61,848 bases of DNA, filler included, from 4 parts of 4 records of this genome joined end to end with filler, not necessarily neighbours in it; one strand, 5' to 3'. Shown: positions 29,323 through 40,621, counted from the whole stretch's first letter. The notes: generated by a model not told the origin, from the letters alone. Program-made: numbers and translations.

Positions 29323-30010
29323 GTGGCTGGCGAGCGTGCAATCGCTCGAAGAAGCAAAAGCGTTGCAACAGACGCTACCCGATATTCTGGATCTGAAAGA
29401 CCCGGCCAGCGGTGCGCTGGGAGCACTGCCACTCACCACCGTCGAAGCGGTTGTTCAGTGGCTGGAAGGTCGCTGTGAAACCAGTGCGACAGTGGGCGAT
29501 CTGGTGATGCAGCCTGACGTTATTGTTGAGGCTGTTAAAGTAATGGCGGCAACCGGCGTTGATTATGTCAAAGTCGGCTTGTTTGCCGATCCTCTGCTGG
29601 AGGCATGTCTGGCCCGATTGCATGCGGTGTTGGCGGAACTCAAAACACCGGTTATTGCTGTGTTGTTTGCTGATCAAACCAGGAATATTTCACTGATTAG
29701 CCGGATAAAGCAGGCCGGTTTCAGTGGCGTCATGGTCGATACAGCCAGTAAGAATGGTCAGCGCCTGCTGGATCACTGGAACAGCACTGAACTGAAAGCA
29801 TTCATCAATCAAGCCCGAGAACACCAACTGCTGTGCGGTCTTGCCGGTGCCTTAGCGCTTGAGGATATTGATTCGCTGGAACCGCTGGGGGCGGATTACC
29901 TGGGATTTCGCAGCGCGCTCTGTGATCGCCGTCAACGTACACTCAGCCTGCAACCGGAACGTGCCTTGGCGATTCAGGAGCGCCTGCAAAGTTATGGCCT
30001 GGCCAGTTAG
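29315..30010 (+). CDS. (5-formylfuran-3-yl)methyl phosphate synthase-like (MfnB/DUF556; methylofuran biosynthesis)
   Basis: LASV...EA, DLKDP..GALGA, SATVGD, YVKVG, DTASK, GLAG.L, GFRSALC. Confidence 0.88.
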   Translation: MTKWLASVQSLEEAKALQQTLPDILDLKDPASGALGALPLTTVEAVVQWLEGRCETSATVGDLVMQPDVIVEAVKVMAATGVDYVKVGLFADPLLEACLARLHAVLAELKTPVIAVLFADQTRNISLISRIKQAGFSGVMVDTASKNGQRLLDHWNSTELKAFINQAREHQLLCGLAGALALEDIDSLEPLGADYLGFRSALCDRRQRTLSLQPERALAIQERLQSYGLAS

Positions 30011-30013
30011 AGC

Positions 30014-30271
30014 TTAATTTTCGGCAACGGTACCGGCAACCAGCTTCATGACCAGCGGTCGAACCAGCATCACACAGATAAAGGCCGATGGCATCGCGAC
30101 TTCATAAGCGTGAAAAGCACTTAATAGATAGTGATCATCAAAGCCCTGGTTGACTGCTGTGATGATCAGGCACATCAGTGCCGCCATAATCGCTGACATA
30201 TAGAATGCAAACACCACTGGCGTCAGTCTGGCTGGCAATTTTCTATTGCCGATTACTAAAGCTTTGCGCAT
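30014..30271 (-). CDS. DUF2798-like small membrane protein
   Basis: VFAFYMSAIMA.LM...T...G; AMP.AF...VRPLV. Confidence 0.75.
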   Translation of the reverse strand: MRKALVIGNRKLPARLTPVVFAFYMSAIMAALMCLIITAVNQGFDDHYLLSAFHAYEVAMPSAFICVMLVRPLVMKLVAGTVAEN

Positions 30272-30356
30272 TTGCCCTTCTCCCTTCTTATGCATCAGTG
30301 CAGACAGTCTAATGCGCTCTGGGCAAGGCAACTAGCGGTGTAACGCTATCGAGACT

Positions 30357-30373
30357 ATTAAGTTAAACTTAAT
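30357..30373. promoter_or_regulatory. LysR-type T-N11-A palindromic site
   Basis: ATTAAGT-TAA-ACTTAAT between the divergent DUF2798 and LysR genes. Confidence 0.6.
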
Positions 30374-30403
30374 TAACTAAAAAATAATAGGCTTGCATGG
30401 CTT

Positions 30404-31321
30404 ATGGATAATCTTCGCGGCATTGAAAGTTTTATCAGGGCGGTTGAGCTCGGCAGCATTGCTGCTGCAGCCCGTGCACTGGCTGTCAGTCCGGCAGCCA
30501 CCAGCCAGAATATCGCCCGACTGGAGACGCAGCTAGGCGCACGTTTACTCACCCGAACCACCCGCAAACTGGCACTGACGGATGCCGGAGAGGTTTATTA
30601 TCAGCGGGTAAAAGGCTTGATGCAGGAGCTGGAACTGGCCGAGCAAGCGGTTTCTGCGCTACAGGGAGAAGTCGGCGGTAAGCTGAAAATTGCCTGTTCG
30701 GCAGCCTTCGCCCGTCACGTGCTGGCACCGCTGCTGGCAGGGTTTCAGCAGGCTTATCCGCAAATCAGTCTGGAGCTTATCGCTACCGACCGGCGGACCG
30801 ATCATATTGGTGAGGGAGTCGATGTCAGCATCCGTATTCGTCAGCAGCTGGAAGAGAATATGGTGGCAAGAAAACTGGCGACGGTACCGTTATTGTTCTG
30901 TGCCTCGCCGGATTATCTGGCCAGGGCTGGTTATCCGATATCGCCGCAGGCGCTGTTGCAGCATGACTGTCTGATGTTCCGTGTGCCGGTCGATGGCCGG
31001 ATATTCCGCTGGGCCTTTATTCGTGATGGTAAGCGTTATGAGCCACAGGTGAAGGTTGCCATGATCAGTGATGATATCGATACTTTGGCGAAGATGGCAG
31101 TCAGCGGCGGGGGAATAGCGCGCCTGGCAGAGTTTGTTGCCCGGCCCTATCTGGAAAAAGAGGCGCTGATTCCGCTGTTCGAACAGGGACCGCAGGTGGA
31201 GGTAGAGGCAGAACCGCTAGAGTTCTACTTTTGTGTCACGGATCGTTATGCCCGCACACCCAAGGTGGCCGCATTATATGATTATTTGTCGACACAATTA
31301 CCGGCTATATGGCGACAGTAA
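30404..31321 (+). CDS. LysR family regulator (CrgA-like)
   Basis: GSIAAAARAL...LETQLGARLLTRTTRKLALT. Confidence 0.95.
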   Translation: MDNLRGIESFIRAVELGSIAAAARALAVSPAATSQNIARLETQLGARLLTRTTRKLALTDAGEVYYQRVKGLMQELELAEQAVSALQGEVGGKLKIACSAAFARHVLAPLLAGFQQAYPQISLELIATDRRTDHIGEGVDVSIRIRQQLEENMVARKLATVPLLFCASPDYLARAGYPISPQALLQHDCLMFRVPVDGRIFRWAFIRDGKRYEPQVKVAMISDDIDTLAKMAVSGGGIARLAEFVARPYLEKEALIPLFEQGPQVEVEAEPLEFYFCVTDRYARTPKVAALYDYLSTQLPAIWRQ

Positions 31322-31355
31322 CAGCAGTGGCCGGGCTTCCCTGCCCGGCTTGCTG
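31322..31355. terminator. Hairpin between convergent LysR and metE
   Basis: CAGCA..GCCGGGC-TTCCCT-GCCCGGC.TGCTG; no clear U-tract. Confidence 0.45.
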
Positions 31356-31369
31356 AGAGGAAACAGTCC

Positions 31370-33646
31370 TCAGGCGGCGTCCTGCCGTAACGCTCCCGCA
31401 GCCTGAACCATGGCGGTCAGTGCTGGTTTGACTTCACTCCACTGGCGGGTTTTGAGACCACAGTCAGGATTGACCCACAAACGCTCTGCTGGAATCCGTT
31501 CGGCCGCTTTTTCCATCAGTTCGCGGATCTGAGCCACGGCCGGAATATTGGGGCTGTGAATATCGTAAACGCCGGGACCGATTTCATTCGGGTAGTCAAA
31601 AGCGTTGAATACGTCCAGCAGCTCCATATCCGATCGCGAAGTTTCAATGGTGATCACATCCGCATCCATTGCGGAAATCGACTCGATAATGTCATTAAAT
31701 TCGGAATAGCACATATGGGTGTGGATCTGCGTCTCGTCACTGACGCCGTTAGCGGTAATCCGGAAGCAGCTCACTGCCCAGTCCAGGTAATGTCGCCAAT
31801 CAGAGCGTCTGAGCGGTAAGCCTTCACGCAACGCGGCCTCATCAATCTGAATAATACTGACGCCGTTTTGCTCCAGATCCAGCACTTCATCACGAATGGC
31901 CAGTGCCAGCTGCAGACAGGTTTGCTCGCGCGGCTGATCATCCCGGACAAAAGACCAGTTGAGCATCGTCACCGGTCCGGTCAGCATGCCTTTGACCGGT
32001 TTGTCAGTCAGCGACTGGGCATAGGCAATCCAGTCTACGGTCATCGCTTTGGGACGTTCAATATCACCAAAGATAATCGGCGGCTTGACGCAGCGTGAAC
32101 CGTAAGACTGCACCCAGCCGAAACGCGTGAAAGTATAGCCCTGAAGCTGTTCACCAAAATACTCGACCATATCATTGCGCTCAGCTTCCCCATGGACCAG
32201 CACGTCAAGGCCGACCTTTTCCTGCTCGGTGATGGCATATTCAATCTGCTTTTGCATTTCCTGCTGATAGCTGGCTGGATCCAGTTCACCACGGCGATAC
32301 TGCAGCCGGCTCTGGCGGATGGAGGTCGTCTGCGGAAAAGAGCCGATGGTTGTGGTCGGAAATAGCGGTAAAGCCTGTCTGGCCCGTTGCACTTTGCTGC
32401 GTTCCGGGTAGCTGCTGTGACGTTGACCCCAGTCGTTTGTGACAGCCTGCAGGCGTTGCTGTACGGCTGCTTTATGAACTTTTCCCGAATCCCGACGGCT
32501 TTGAATTGCTTTGGCATTAGCAGCCAGCTTAGCTTTAATGCTGTCACGGCCGTGGTTCAGTCCCAGTGCCAGCAGGTTCAGTTCATCGAGTTTCTGTACC
32601 GCAAAGGCCAGCCAGTTTTTAATATCCGAATCCAGTTCCGTTTCCTGCTCCAGATCCACCGGAACATGCAGCAAGGAGCATGAAGGTGCCAGCCACAGGC
32701 GATCAGCAAGCCGTTCATGTAAAGGTTCAAGCCAGTCGAGCAGGCTATTCAAATCGCTTTTCCAGATATTACGGCCATTGATCACACCCAGTGACAAGGT
32801 TTTATGGGCCGGCAGCCAGTCGACGACTTTAATGACTTCCTCGCGACCATTCACGGCATCAATGTGCAGGCCCGCGGTAGGCAGCTCACAAGCCAGATGC
32901 AGGTTTTCTCGAAGCGGGGCGAAATAACTGGTCAGCATCAGCCGTACCGGTGTTTTGTTGAGGGCGAAATAAGCCTGGGTCAAAGCATGCTGCCAGTCCT
33001 GATCCAGTTCGGTAGCCAATACCGGCTCATCAATCTGCACCCAGTCGGCACCGGCCGCAGCCAGGCTTAGCAGACATTGCTCATAAACCGGGATTAAGTC
33101 ATCCAGCAAGGCCAGCTTGTTACTGTTGTCTTTAGCCTTGCCCAGCCACAGGTAACTGACGGGGCCCAGCAATACGGGTTTAGCCTGATGACCCTCGGCG
33201 CAGGCTTCACGGAATTGGGCCAGCAGCCTCTCTGCATCAAGCTCGAAGCGGGTTTCAGCACTGAATTCCGGCACCAGGTAGTGGTAGTTGGTATCAAACC
33301 ATTTGGTCATTTCTGCGGCAGCGATGGGGGTTTGCTGCAATTGTTTGGAAGATTGTCCGCGCGCGGCCTGAAAATACTGATCGGTCTCGGCCAGACGGCT
33401 GTCAGTTCGAGACGGTAGATTGCCCACCAGCAGACTGGTGTCGAGCACATGATCGTAAAGAGAAAAGTCACCCACCGGCAACCAGTCCAGTTTCTGTTGA
33501 TATTGCCAGTGCTTCTGGCGCAACGTTGTTGCGGTATCTTCCAGCTCCAGCAGCGACGACTCGCCGCGCCAGTATTTTTCCAGTGCAAATTTAAGCTCAC
33601 GGCGTTTGCCGATTCTCGGGAAGCCGAGGTTGTGCGTAGTAATCAT
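31370..33646 (-). CDS. metE: Cobalamin-independent methionine synthase
   Basis: [42 protein letters not shown]. Confidence 0.98.
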   Translation of the reverse strand: MITTHNLGFPRIGKRRELKFALEKYWRGESSLLELEDTATTLRQKHWQYQQKLDWLPVGDFSLYDHVLDTSLLVGNLPSRTDSRLAETDQYFQAARGQSSKQLQQTPIAAAEMTKWFDTNYHYLVPEFSAETRFELDAERLLAQFREACAEGHQAKPVLLGPVSYLWLGKAKDNSNKLALLDDLIPVYEQCLLSLAAAGADWVQIDEPVLATELDQDWQHALTQAYFALNKTPVRLMLTSYFAPLRENLHLACELPTAGLHIDAVNGREEVIKVVDWLPAHKTLSLGVINGRNIWKSDLNSLLDWLEPLHERLADRLWLAPSCSLLHVPVDLEQETELDSDIKNWLAFAVQKLDELNLLALGLNHGRDSIKAKLAANAKAIQSRRDSGKVHKAAVQQRLQAVTNDWGQRHSSYPERSKVQRARQALPLFPTTTIGSFPQTTSIRQSRLQYRRGELDPASYQQEMQKQIEYAITEQEKVGLDVLVHGEAERNDMVEYFGEQLQGYTFTRFGWVQSYGSRCVKPPIIFGDIERPKAMTVDWIAYAQSLTDKPVKGMLTGPVTMLNWSFVRDDQPREQTCLQLALAIRDEVLDLEQNGVSIIQIDEAALREGLPLRRSDWRHYLDWAVSCFRITANGVSDETQIHTHMCYSEFNDIIESISAMDADVITIETSRSDMELLDVFNAFDYPNEIGPGVYDIHSPNIPAVAQIRELMEKAAERIPAERLWVNPDCGLKTRQWSEVKPALTAMVQAAGALRQDAA

Positions 33647-33695
33647 TATCTGTCCTTTGTTTTGCCAGTGGCGCCATTGTAAGGACAGAGTTAGA

Positions 33696-33739
33696 TGAGT
33701 AATAATGATATTTTTTAACTAATCCATGAGAATAACTAA
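33696..33739. promoter_or_regulatory. Two possible MetR (T-N11-A) sites
   Basis: TGAGTAATAATGA and TGAGAATAACTAA in the metE/metR divergent region. Confidence 0.3.
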
Positions 33740-33742
33740 TAG

Positions 33743-34630
33743 ATGATTGAGCGCAGCCATCTCAGAATTATTCAGGCGCTGGCCGAACATGGCAGTCTCA
33801 CTGCCGCTGCCAATGCTTTGTTTGTCACGCAGCCGGCGCTGTCACATCAGATGCGTTATCTGGAGCAGAAGCTGGAAGTCAGTTTATGGGAGCGCCAGGG
33901 TCGGAAATTAAGGCTGACTCAGGCCGGTGAGCTCTTGCTGAAGGTAGCTGGTCAGCTGCTACCGGTGCTTGAGCAGACCGAAAACACGCTAAAGGCCTAT
34001 GCTGATGGTAAGCAGGGTATTCTGCGTTTAGGTGTCGAATGTCATCCCTGTTACGAGTGGCTCAAGGGTGTCTTAGCGGACTACCTGGTGATGATGCCTA
34101 AAATGGATGTGGATATTGTCCACAAGTTTCAGTTTTCCGGGCTGCAGGGCCTGCTTAATTATCATATTGATTTGCTGGTCACCCCCGACAAGGTTAATCA
34201 GCAGGGCGTTGTCTATGCCCCATTGTTTGATTATGAACTGGTATTGTTGGTGGCGCAGGCGCACCCACTGGCAAAGAACCTGTTTATTGAAGCCGAGGCC
34301 TTATCCGGTGAGTTATTACTTACTTTTCCTGTACCGCATGAGCGGCTTGATATTTATACCCAGTTTCTGATGCCGGCCGGTATCAGCCCCAGGCACAAGG
34401 CGATGGCATCGCTGGATATCATGATTCAGATGGCAGCACTGAACCGGGGGGTGACTATTCTGCCGGACTGGCTGGCCAGACAGTATATGGAGACCTTACC
34501 GGTCACGACATTACGGCTGGGCAAAAAAGGGGTAATGAAAACGCTGTTTGCGGCGATGCGTGAGGGTGAGGAAACGGTCCCCTACATGCACAGTTTTGTT
34601 GAACTGGGTCAGCAGAAGGCGATCAGTTAA
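33743..34630 (+). CDS. metR: LysR regulator MetR
   Basis: TQPALSHQ, LRLGVECHPCYEWL; divergent from metE. Confidence 0.92.
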   Translation: MIERSHLRIIQALAEHGSLTAAANALFVTQPALSHQMRYLEQKLEVSLWERQGRKLRLTQAGELLLKVAGQLLPVLEQTENTLKAYADGKQGILRLGVECHPCYEWLKGVLADYLVMMPKMDVDIVHKFQFSGLQGLLNYHIDLLVTPDKVNQQGVVYAPLFDYELVLLVAQAHPLAKNLFIEAEALSGELLLTFPVPHERLDIYTQFLMPAGISPRHKAMASLDIMIQMAALNRGVTILPDWLARQYMETLPVTTLRLGKKGVMKTLFAAMREGEETVPYMHSFVELGQQKAIS

Positions 34631-35419
34631 TCAGGCATCCAGTATCCGGAACAGCATTTCACGAATGGTTTGAGGTTCGAAGGGTTTATCAAGAATGGCG
34701 GAGACCCCGGCCTGCTGCACATTACCCAGCCGTGTTTGATTATTTTCCGTGGTCGCCATCAAAATCGGCAGCACCACATCGCCCATTTCATTGCGGATAT
34801 AGCGGGTCAGCTCATGACCATCCATTTCCGGCATATTGAGATCAGTCACCACCAGGTCATAACTGTGTCGGCCCAGCAGGCTGACGGCTTCGCGACCGTT
34901 TTCTGCCACGTCGATGTGTTCAATACCCATGCTGTTCAAAACACGTGATAAATGATTGCGGGCGGTGAAACTGTCATCGACCAGCAGAATATTCAGTTCG
35001 CTGACATCGTAACTTTCCAGTTCGATTTCGCTGGGGTCGATGACATCCAGCGTGGCACGAATGGCGCGGCGTAAATCTTTTGAATCAAAAGGCTTGGGCA
35101 GAATCGCCATCACACCGGCCTGGCGAATCGGTTCCAGCGCCGCCTGACCGGTTTCGCTGGAAATCAGCATAAACGCGATGTTACTGTCGAGAGCCTGAAC
35201 ACCGCTTATCAGTTCATCAGCTGTCATATCCGGCAGGTACATGGCAGAAATAACCAGATCCGGCGGATACTGAGCGATATGAGAAAGTGCCTCTTCACCG
35301 TTGCTCACGCCATCAATTTTGCTGATCCCTTCCTGTTGAAGATGACGCATGATGAGCTTGAGCTGCATGGCAGACGGTTCAACCAGCAGAATAGACAGAT
35401 CGGCAGCAGTCAGCGACAT
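34631..35419 (-). CDS. Tandem receiver-domain response regulator without output domain
   Basis: REC1 LLVEPS...LVISAMYLP...KPF; REC2 LLVDDS...VTDLNMPEMDG...KPF. Confidence 0.9.
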   Translation of the reverse strand: MSLTAADLSILLVEPSAMQLKLIMRHLQQEGISKIDGVSNGEEALSHIAQYPPDLVISAMYLPDMTADELISGVQALDSNIAFMLISSETGQAALEPIRQAGVMAILPKPFDSKDLRRAIRATLDVIDPSEIELESYDVSELNILLVDDSFTARNHLSRVLNSMGIEHIDVAENGREAVSLLGRHSYDLVVTDLNMPEMDGHELTRYIRNEMGDVVLPILMATTENNQTRLGNVQQAGVSAILDKPFEPQTIREMLFRILDA

Positions 35420-35428
35420 AATCCAGCC

Positions 35429-35983
35429 TCAGGGACGGACCAGGCTGGTTTCGACCTGATCCCGTGTGTTTTTGTTGACCAGCAATTCGATGATGCTCAG
35501 GGCAAAGTCCATTGCTGTACCGGGTCCACGTGAGGTCAGCACCTTGCCGTCTACGACTACCGGCTCGTCACAAATGCTGATATCAGGCCATTTTTCCTTA
35601 TCCAGCGCACCGGGATAACTGGTGGCCCGCTTGCCATTCAGCACGCCGGCATTGGCCAGCACCATCGGCGCTGCACAGATAGCGGCAAGATATTTATCAC
35701 CGTGCTGAAGACGCTTGATAATGGCATGAATACGGTGATCGTTATTGAGATTGTTGGTGCCCGGCTGACCGCCGGGCATCAGGATCATGTCGAAATCGCT
35801 TTCCATCACGTTATCCAGCAGGGTATCTGCTACCAGGCCCACCTCCCGACTCGCGGTCAGTTGTGGCTGGTGACCGAGGCTGGCTGTCGTCACCGTGATA
35901 CCGCCGCGGCGCAACAGGTCTATCAGGGTGACCGCTTCCAGTTCCTCACAACCCTCTGCAAGGGGAATTAATACACTGGCCAT
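35429..35983 (-). CDS. DJ-1/YajL (ThiJ) family protein
   Basis: GCEELEA, PGG.PG, AICAAP, TSRGPGT. Confidence 0.92.
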   Translation of the reverse strand: MASVLIPLAEGCEELEAVTLIDLLRRGGITVTTASLGHQPQLTASREVGLVADTLLDNVMESDFDMILMPGGQPGTNNLNNDHRIHAIIKRLQHGDKYLAAICAAPMVLANAGVLNGKRATSYPGALDKEKWPDISICDEPVVVDGKVLTSRGPGTAMDFALSIIELLVNKNTRDQVETSLVRP

Positions 35984-35995
35984 ATCTGCTCCTGC

Positions 35996-37369
35996 TTATC
36001 GGTTAAGAATGGTCATTCCCTTCAATAAGTTCAAAGCTTGCGACAGCACATAATCAGTCACTTCCAGTGGCTGATTCTCTTGTTTTTCCTTTTCAGCAGC
36101 AGTGCTGACGGTTTCCGGTGTGACTGATTCTTCACCGCTCTGGCCATTTTTATCCTGATTCTCGCTTTCGGTTTTTTCCTCAGCTTCACCGTTCTCCAGA
36201 TGGTGTGCCAGATCGCGTTCACGCAGTGGTGTGAATTCGTTTTCATCGACAGAAGCCACACGAATACCACTGATTTCAATATCGGGCACAATACCTTCGG
36301 CCTGAATTGAGCGACCTGATGGTGTGTAGTAACGGGCAGTAGTCATTTTGACCGCGGTGTTATTGGTGAGTGGCATCACGGTCTGCACCGAGCCCTTACC
36401 AAAAGTCTTCCCACCCAGCACGATGGCACGTTTATGATCCTGAAGTGCGCCTGCCACAATCTCGGAAGCGGAGGCTGAGCCACCATTGACCAGTACGATC
36501 AGTGGCGCACCCTTGAGCAGATCATCCGGTGTGGCATGGAATTTCTGATCCGAATCAGCAATACGGCCATCGGTATAGACGATCAGCCCTTTATCCAGGA
36601 AAGCATCTGACACATCGACCGCGGCTTCCAGCACGCCGCCCGGATTATTGCGCAGATCCAACACCAGGCCGTTGAGTTTGCCGTTACTTTCTTTTTTCAG
36701 CTCGCTCACCGCTTCACGCAGGCTGGCACCGGTTCGTGACTGGAAGGTGGTGACACGGATATAACCGTATCCTGGTTCCAGCATTTTTTTCTTAACGCTC
36801 TCAACCTTGATAATAGCGCGGGTCAGCTCAACTTTAAGGGGCTTGTCGACGCCTTCACGAATGATAGTAAGTGTTAACTTCGATCCGGGCTTGCCACGCA
36901 TGATATCGACCGCATCATTGAGCGTCATGCCTTTAACCGGGGTTTCATCCAGACGAATAATAAGATCGCCGGACTGGATGCCGGCTTCTGCCGCCGGGGT
37001 ATCATCAATCGGCGCGACCACTTTGACGAAGCCATCTTCCATGCTGACTTCGATACCGAGGCCGCCGAATTCGCCGGAGGTGCCTTCACGTAGTTCCTGA
37101 AACTCATCCAGATCCAGATAAGTTGAATGAGGGTCCAGGCCGGACAGCATCCCGCGGATAGCGTTTTCGAGTAATTGTTTGTCTTCTACCGGTTCGACAT
37201 AGCTGCTTTTAATGCGTCCGAAAATTTCGGAGAAAGTCCGCAAGTCTTCCAGCGGCAGATCCGGCTGGGCTGACTCCCGTTCGGCAAACACCATCTGGCC
37301 GAATACCAGGGTCGCCCCCAGAATAATGCCGCTGGTAATGAGTCCGAAATCGCGTTTAAAAAAGCTCAT
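35996..37369 (-). CDS. ctpA: Carboxyl-terminal processing protease, S41 family
   Basis: PDZ GGLGIEV, DLRNNPGG, SASASEIVAGALQD, GKGSVQ. Confidence 0.93.
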   Translation of the reverse strand: MSFFKRDFGLITSGIILGATLVFGQMVFAERESAQPDLPLEDLRTFSEIFGRIKSSYVEPVEDKQLLENAIRGMLSGLDPHSTYLDLDEFQELREGTSGEFGGLGIEVSMEDGFVKVVAPIDDTPAAEAGIQSGDLIIRLDETPVKGMTLNDAVDIMRGKPGSKLTLTIIREGVDKPLKVELTRAIIKVESVKKKMLEPGYGYIRVTTFQSRTGASLREAVSELKKESNGKLNGLVLDLRNNPGGVLEAAVDVSDAFLDKGLIVYTDGRIADSDQKFHATPDDLLKGAPLIVLVNGGSASASEIVAGALQDHKRAIVLGGKTFGKGSVQTVMPLTNNTAVKMTTARYYTPSGRSIQAEGIVPDIEISGIRVASVDENEFTPLRERDLAHHLENGEAEEKTESENQDKNGQSGEESVTPETVSTAAEKEKQENQPLEVTDYVLSQALNLLKGMTILNR

Positions 37370-37395
37370 ATCGTTTCCTTCGTGGTTGGCACACA

Positions 37396-38616
37396 TCAGC
37401 CCTGCCTAGCCAACCATTTTAATGGGTTGGTAGGCCTGCCGCGGTGGCGAATTTCAAAATAAAGTCCGGTCAGGCCGCGAACTCCCTGCTCGCCTGACTG
37501 GGCGATGACTTCACCTGCCTGAACAGTATCACCGGCTTGTTTCAACAGGCTTTCATTATTGCCATAGAGAGTCATGTACTGTTCGCCGTGATCAACAATG
37601 ATCAGCAGGCCGAATCCCCGTAACCAGTCAGCGAATACCACACGGCCTGTAGCCGTGGCTCTGACATCGTTTCCGGTGGGGGAGTCGATGACGATACCTT
37701 GCCAGGTGAGTTTACCAAGATTTCGGGGGCTGCCATAGCGTGCCACCAGTTTTCCGCTGACCGGCCAGTTTAATTTACCAGTCAGACGCGAAAACGGGGT
37801 GTTTGGTTTCGGTGGCGGTGAAATCGCTGCTGACTTTGTTTCCGGTGCCGGCTTCTGTTGCTGTTGCTTTTCTTTTTTCTGTGCGGCTTTTTCACGGGCA
37901 ATTTGCTGCTCACGCTCACGGGCGAGTCGATCCAGCAGGGACTGCAGGTTGCTCTCTTCTTCTTTTAATGCGGCCAGCTTGGCATCCTGGCCCGAAATCG
38001 TTTTGTCCAGCGCTGCCAGTGTGGCTTTGCGTTTATCCGTTTCCTGTTGCAGTGCCTGCTGTTTGTCCAGTTGTTCCTGTTTGGCGACTTCCAGCGATTG
38101 TTGTGCCAGTAGTATCGTCTTCTGCTCTTCGTTGAGCTGGCTCAGGATCTGGTTGATGCTTTCCAGCTGTGCCTTGCGCGCCTCATGGAAATAGCGGAAA
38201 TAGGTACTGCCACGGCTGATAGTGGCAATATCCTGCTGATTGAGCAGCATCTCCAGATAGCTGGGCTCCGCATTGATGTAGGCAGCGCGCATCTGATCGT
38301 AGAGCGCTTCCAGTTGTTGATTCTGCTCAGCTTCTTTAATCCCGGCGACTTCGCGTAGTTGTTTCAGGGTCTGGTTTTTTTCAGTGATCTGTTGTTCCAG
38401 TGCGCGCAGTTCCCGGTTCAGCTCGGACACCTTACGGCTCTGTGCTTCGAGCTGAGCATAAATGTCTTCACGGCTGGCTTTTTTCTTCGACAAATCGGCG
38501 CTGATATCCTCGATTTCATCGCGGACATTATCCAGCCGCTCAGCAGAGTCGCCGCCGGCCTCAAGTCCGGTAGCGATCAGCAGCAGAAAAAAGGCCGGTG
38601 CAAGACGTTTACGCAC
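37396..38616 (-). CDS. envC: Murein hydrolase activator EnvC
   Basis: Long coiled coil plus degenerate M23 domain (WPVSG, ADWLRGFG, LYFEIR); between gpmI and ctpA. Confidence 0.9.
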   Translation of the reverse strand: MRKRLAPAFFLLLIATGLEAGGDSAERLDNVRDEIEDISADLSKKKASREDIYAQLEAQSRKVSELNRELRALEQQITEKNQTLKQLREVAGIKEAEQNQQLEALYDQMRAAYINAEPSYLEMLLNQQDIATISRGSTYFRYFHEARKAQLESINQILSQLNEEQKTILLAQQSLEVAKQEQLDKQQALQQETDKRKATLAALDKTISGQDAKLAALKEEESNLQSLLDRLAREREQQIAREKAAQKKEKQQQQKPAPETKSAAISPPPKPNTPFSRLTGKLNWPVSGKLVARYGSPRNLGKLTWQGIVIDSPTGNDVRATATGRVVFADWLRGFGLLIIVDHGEQYMTLYGNNESLLKQAGDTVQAGEVIAQSGEQGVRGLTGLYFEIRHRGRPTNPLKWLARQG

Positions 38617-38624
38617 AACAGGCT

Positions 38625-40160
38625 TCAGGGTTTTGCCTCAATCAGCAAGTGTTTGCTCATTTCTGCCGGAATCGGCAGGTCCATCAGAGACAGCATGGTG
38701 GGTGCAATATCGGACAGGGTGCCATGTTCGTGACAAGCGGCATCACGACCGGCGAACAACAACGGCACGACATTATTGGTGTGCGCGGTATGTGCCTGAC
38801 CGGTTTCATGATTAACCATGCGTTCGGCATTGCCGTGATCGGCCGTGACAATCATTTCGCCACCGACCGATTTCAGTGCATCCCAGACTTCACCTAAACA
38901 CTGGTCCAGCGCCTCAACAGCCTTGACTGCCGCGTCAAAATTGCCGGTATGACCGACCATATCGGCATTGGCGAAATTACAGATAATGACATCGTACTTT
39001 TCTGAACGGATGGCCTCTGCCAATTTGTCTGCGACTTCAGGCGCATTCATTTCCGGCTGCTGATCATAGGTGTCGACCTGGGGTGAGGGCACCAGGATAC
39101 GGTCTTCACCCTCAAACGGCGCTTCCACACCGCCGTTAAAGAAGAACGTCACATGGGCGTATTTTTCGGTTTCAGCAATACGCAGTTGCTTGAGACCCAG
39201 CGATGACAGGTAGGCACCGAGAATATTTTTCATCTTCTCGTTGGGATAGGCAATCGGCGAGCTGTACTCTTTTTTGTATTCAGTCAGGGTGACGTATTCA
39301 GCCAGTTTGATTTCGCGCGGGCGGGAAAAACCGTCGAAATCCGGCTGAATGAAACATTCGGTGATTTCACGGGCGCGGTCGGCGCGGAAGTTCATAAAGA
39401 TGATGCTGTCACCATCTTCAATCCGGACCGGCTCGCCAATCGTGGTGGCTTTAACAAATTCATCGGTTTCTTCGCGGGCATAAGCCATATCCAGGGCTTG
39501 CGTTGCCGTGTCAGCCCGGAACTCGCTCTCACCTTCGGCCACCAGTTTGTATGCTGCTTCCACCCGGTTCCAGCGCTTGTCGCGGTCCATCGCATAATAA
39601 CGGCCGATCATGCTGGCCAGGCGACCCCGACCCTGTTCGGCAAAGACGGCTTCCAGCTTATCGATCGAAGCCTGTGCACTTTTCGGTGCGGTATCACGGC
39701 CGTCGAGAAAAGCATGCACGTAGATATGACGGGCACCGCGATCTGCCGCCAGTTTGACCATCGCGTGGATATGTTCTTCATGACTGTGAACACCCCCGTC
39801 GGACAGCAGACCAAAAATATGCACGGCCTTGTCATGCTCCGTGGCTTTATCGACTGCGCCGGTCAGCACCGGGTTCTGGAAGAAAGCGCCCTCTTCTATC
39901 GCTTTGCTGATACGGGTGAATTCCTGATAAACCACCCTGCCGGCACCGAGGTTGAGATGGCCGACTTCAGAGTTGCCCATCTGGTCACCCGGCAGGCCGA
40001 CGCCCTGACCTGAGGCATCGATAAGGGTGTGGGGATAATCCTGCCACAATTGATCCCAGACCGGCGTGTTGGCAGCAAGAATGGCGTTATTATCAGGGTC
40101 TTCACTGTAGCCCCAGCCATCCATAATGATCAGCGCTAATGGTCGGTGTTTGAGTGTCAT
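38625..40160 (-). CDS. gpmI: 2,3-bisphosphoglycerate-independent phosphoglycerate mutase
   Basis: [35 protein letters not shown]. Confidence 0.97.
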   Translation of the reverse strand: MTLKHRPLALIIMDGWGYSEDPDNNAILAANTPVWDQLWQDYPHTLIDASGQGVGLPGDQMGNSEVGHLNLGAGRVVYQEFTRISKAIEEGAFFQNPVLTGAVDKATEHDKAVHIFGLLSDGGVHSHEEHIHAMVKLAADRGARHIYVHAFLDGRDTAPKSAQASIDKLEAVFAEQGRGRLASMIGRYYAMDRDKRWNRVEAAYKLVAEGESEFRADTATQALDMAYAREETDEFVKATTIGEPVRIEDGDSIIFMNFRADRAREITECFIQPDFDGFSRPREIKLAEYVTLTEYKKEYSSPIAYPNEKMKNILGAYLSSLGLKQLRIAETEKYAHVTFFFNGGVEAPFEGEDRILVPSPQVDTYDQQPEMNAPEVADKLAEAIRSEKYDVIICNFANADMVGHTGNFDAAVKAVEALDQCLGEVWDALKSVGGEMIVTADHGNAERMVNHETGQAHTAHTNNVVPLLFAGRDAACHEHGTLSDIAPTMLSLMDLPIPAEMSKHLLIEAKP

Positions 40161-40297
40161 TAAAAAATCCTTGAAACGATGTGTGGTCAAGCTCTCTCGC
40201 GGCTGACCGCTGTCTTTATATATTATTCAACGTATCAGCCGTGTATTATATGGCCTTTTGTGATGAAATACAGTCACAGGTAACAGCGGAAAATATC

Positions 40298-40621
40298 GTG
40301 GCACAAGGCGGAAACCTCGATCTCATCGCGTTCGACAACGATATCGAACGGGCAGCTTTTGCGCTCAAAGCCATGTCGCACCCCCTGCGACTGAAGATTT
40401 TGTGCGCGGTGGGTGAGAAAGAGTTGTCGGTGCAGGATATCGTTGATTGCGTGGGTACCACCCAAAGCAACGTATCCCAGCATCTGGCTAAGCTGCGTGA
40501 CAAGGAAATTCTGGCCTCACGACGTGATGCCAACCGCATTTACTACCGGGTCAATGATGAACGCACGCTGCGTCTGATCGAGATGATGCGTGACGTATTC
40601 TGCCCGGCGAAACAGCATTAA
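40298..40621 (+). CDS. ArsR/SmtB family regulator (start uncertain, 40250 or 40298)
   Basis: LKAMSHPLRLKIL, TQSNVSQHL. Confidence 0.88.
   Translation: MAQGGNLDLIAFDNDIERAAFALKAMSHPLRLKILCAVGEKELSVQDIVDCVGTTQSNVSQHLAKLRDKEILASRRDANRIYYRVNDERTLRLIEMMRDVFCPAKQH

Noticed and set aside
33647-33742. Cobalamin or SAM riboswitch upstream of metE
   Set aside because: Only 96 bp of AT-rich divergent promoter shared with metR; no motif seen
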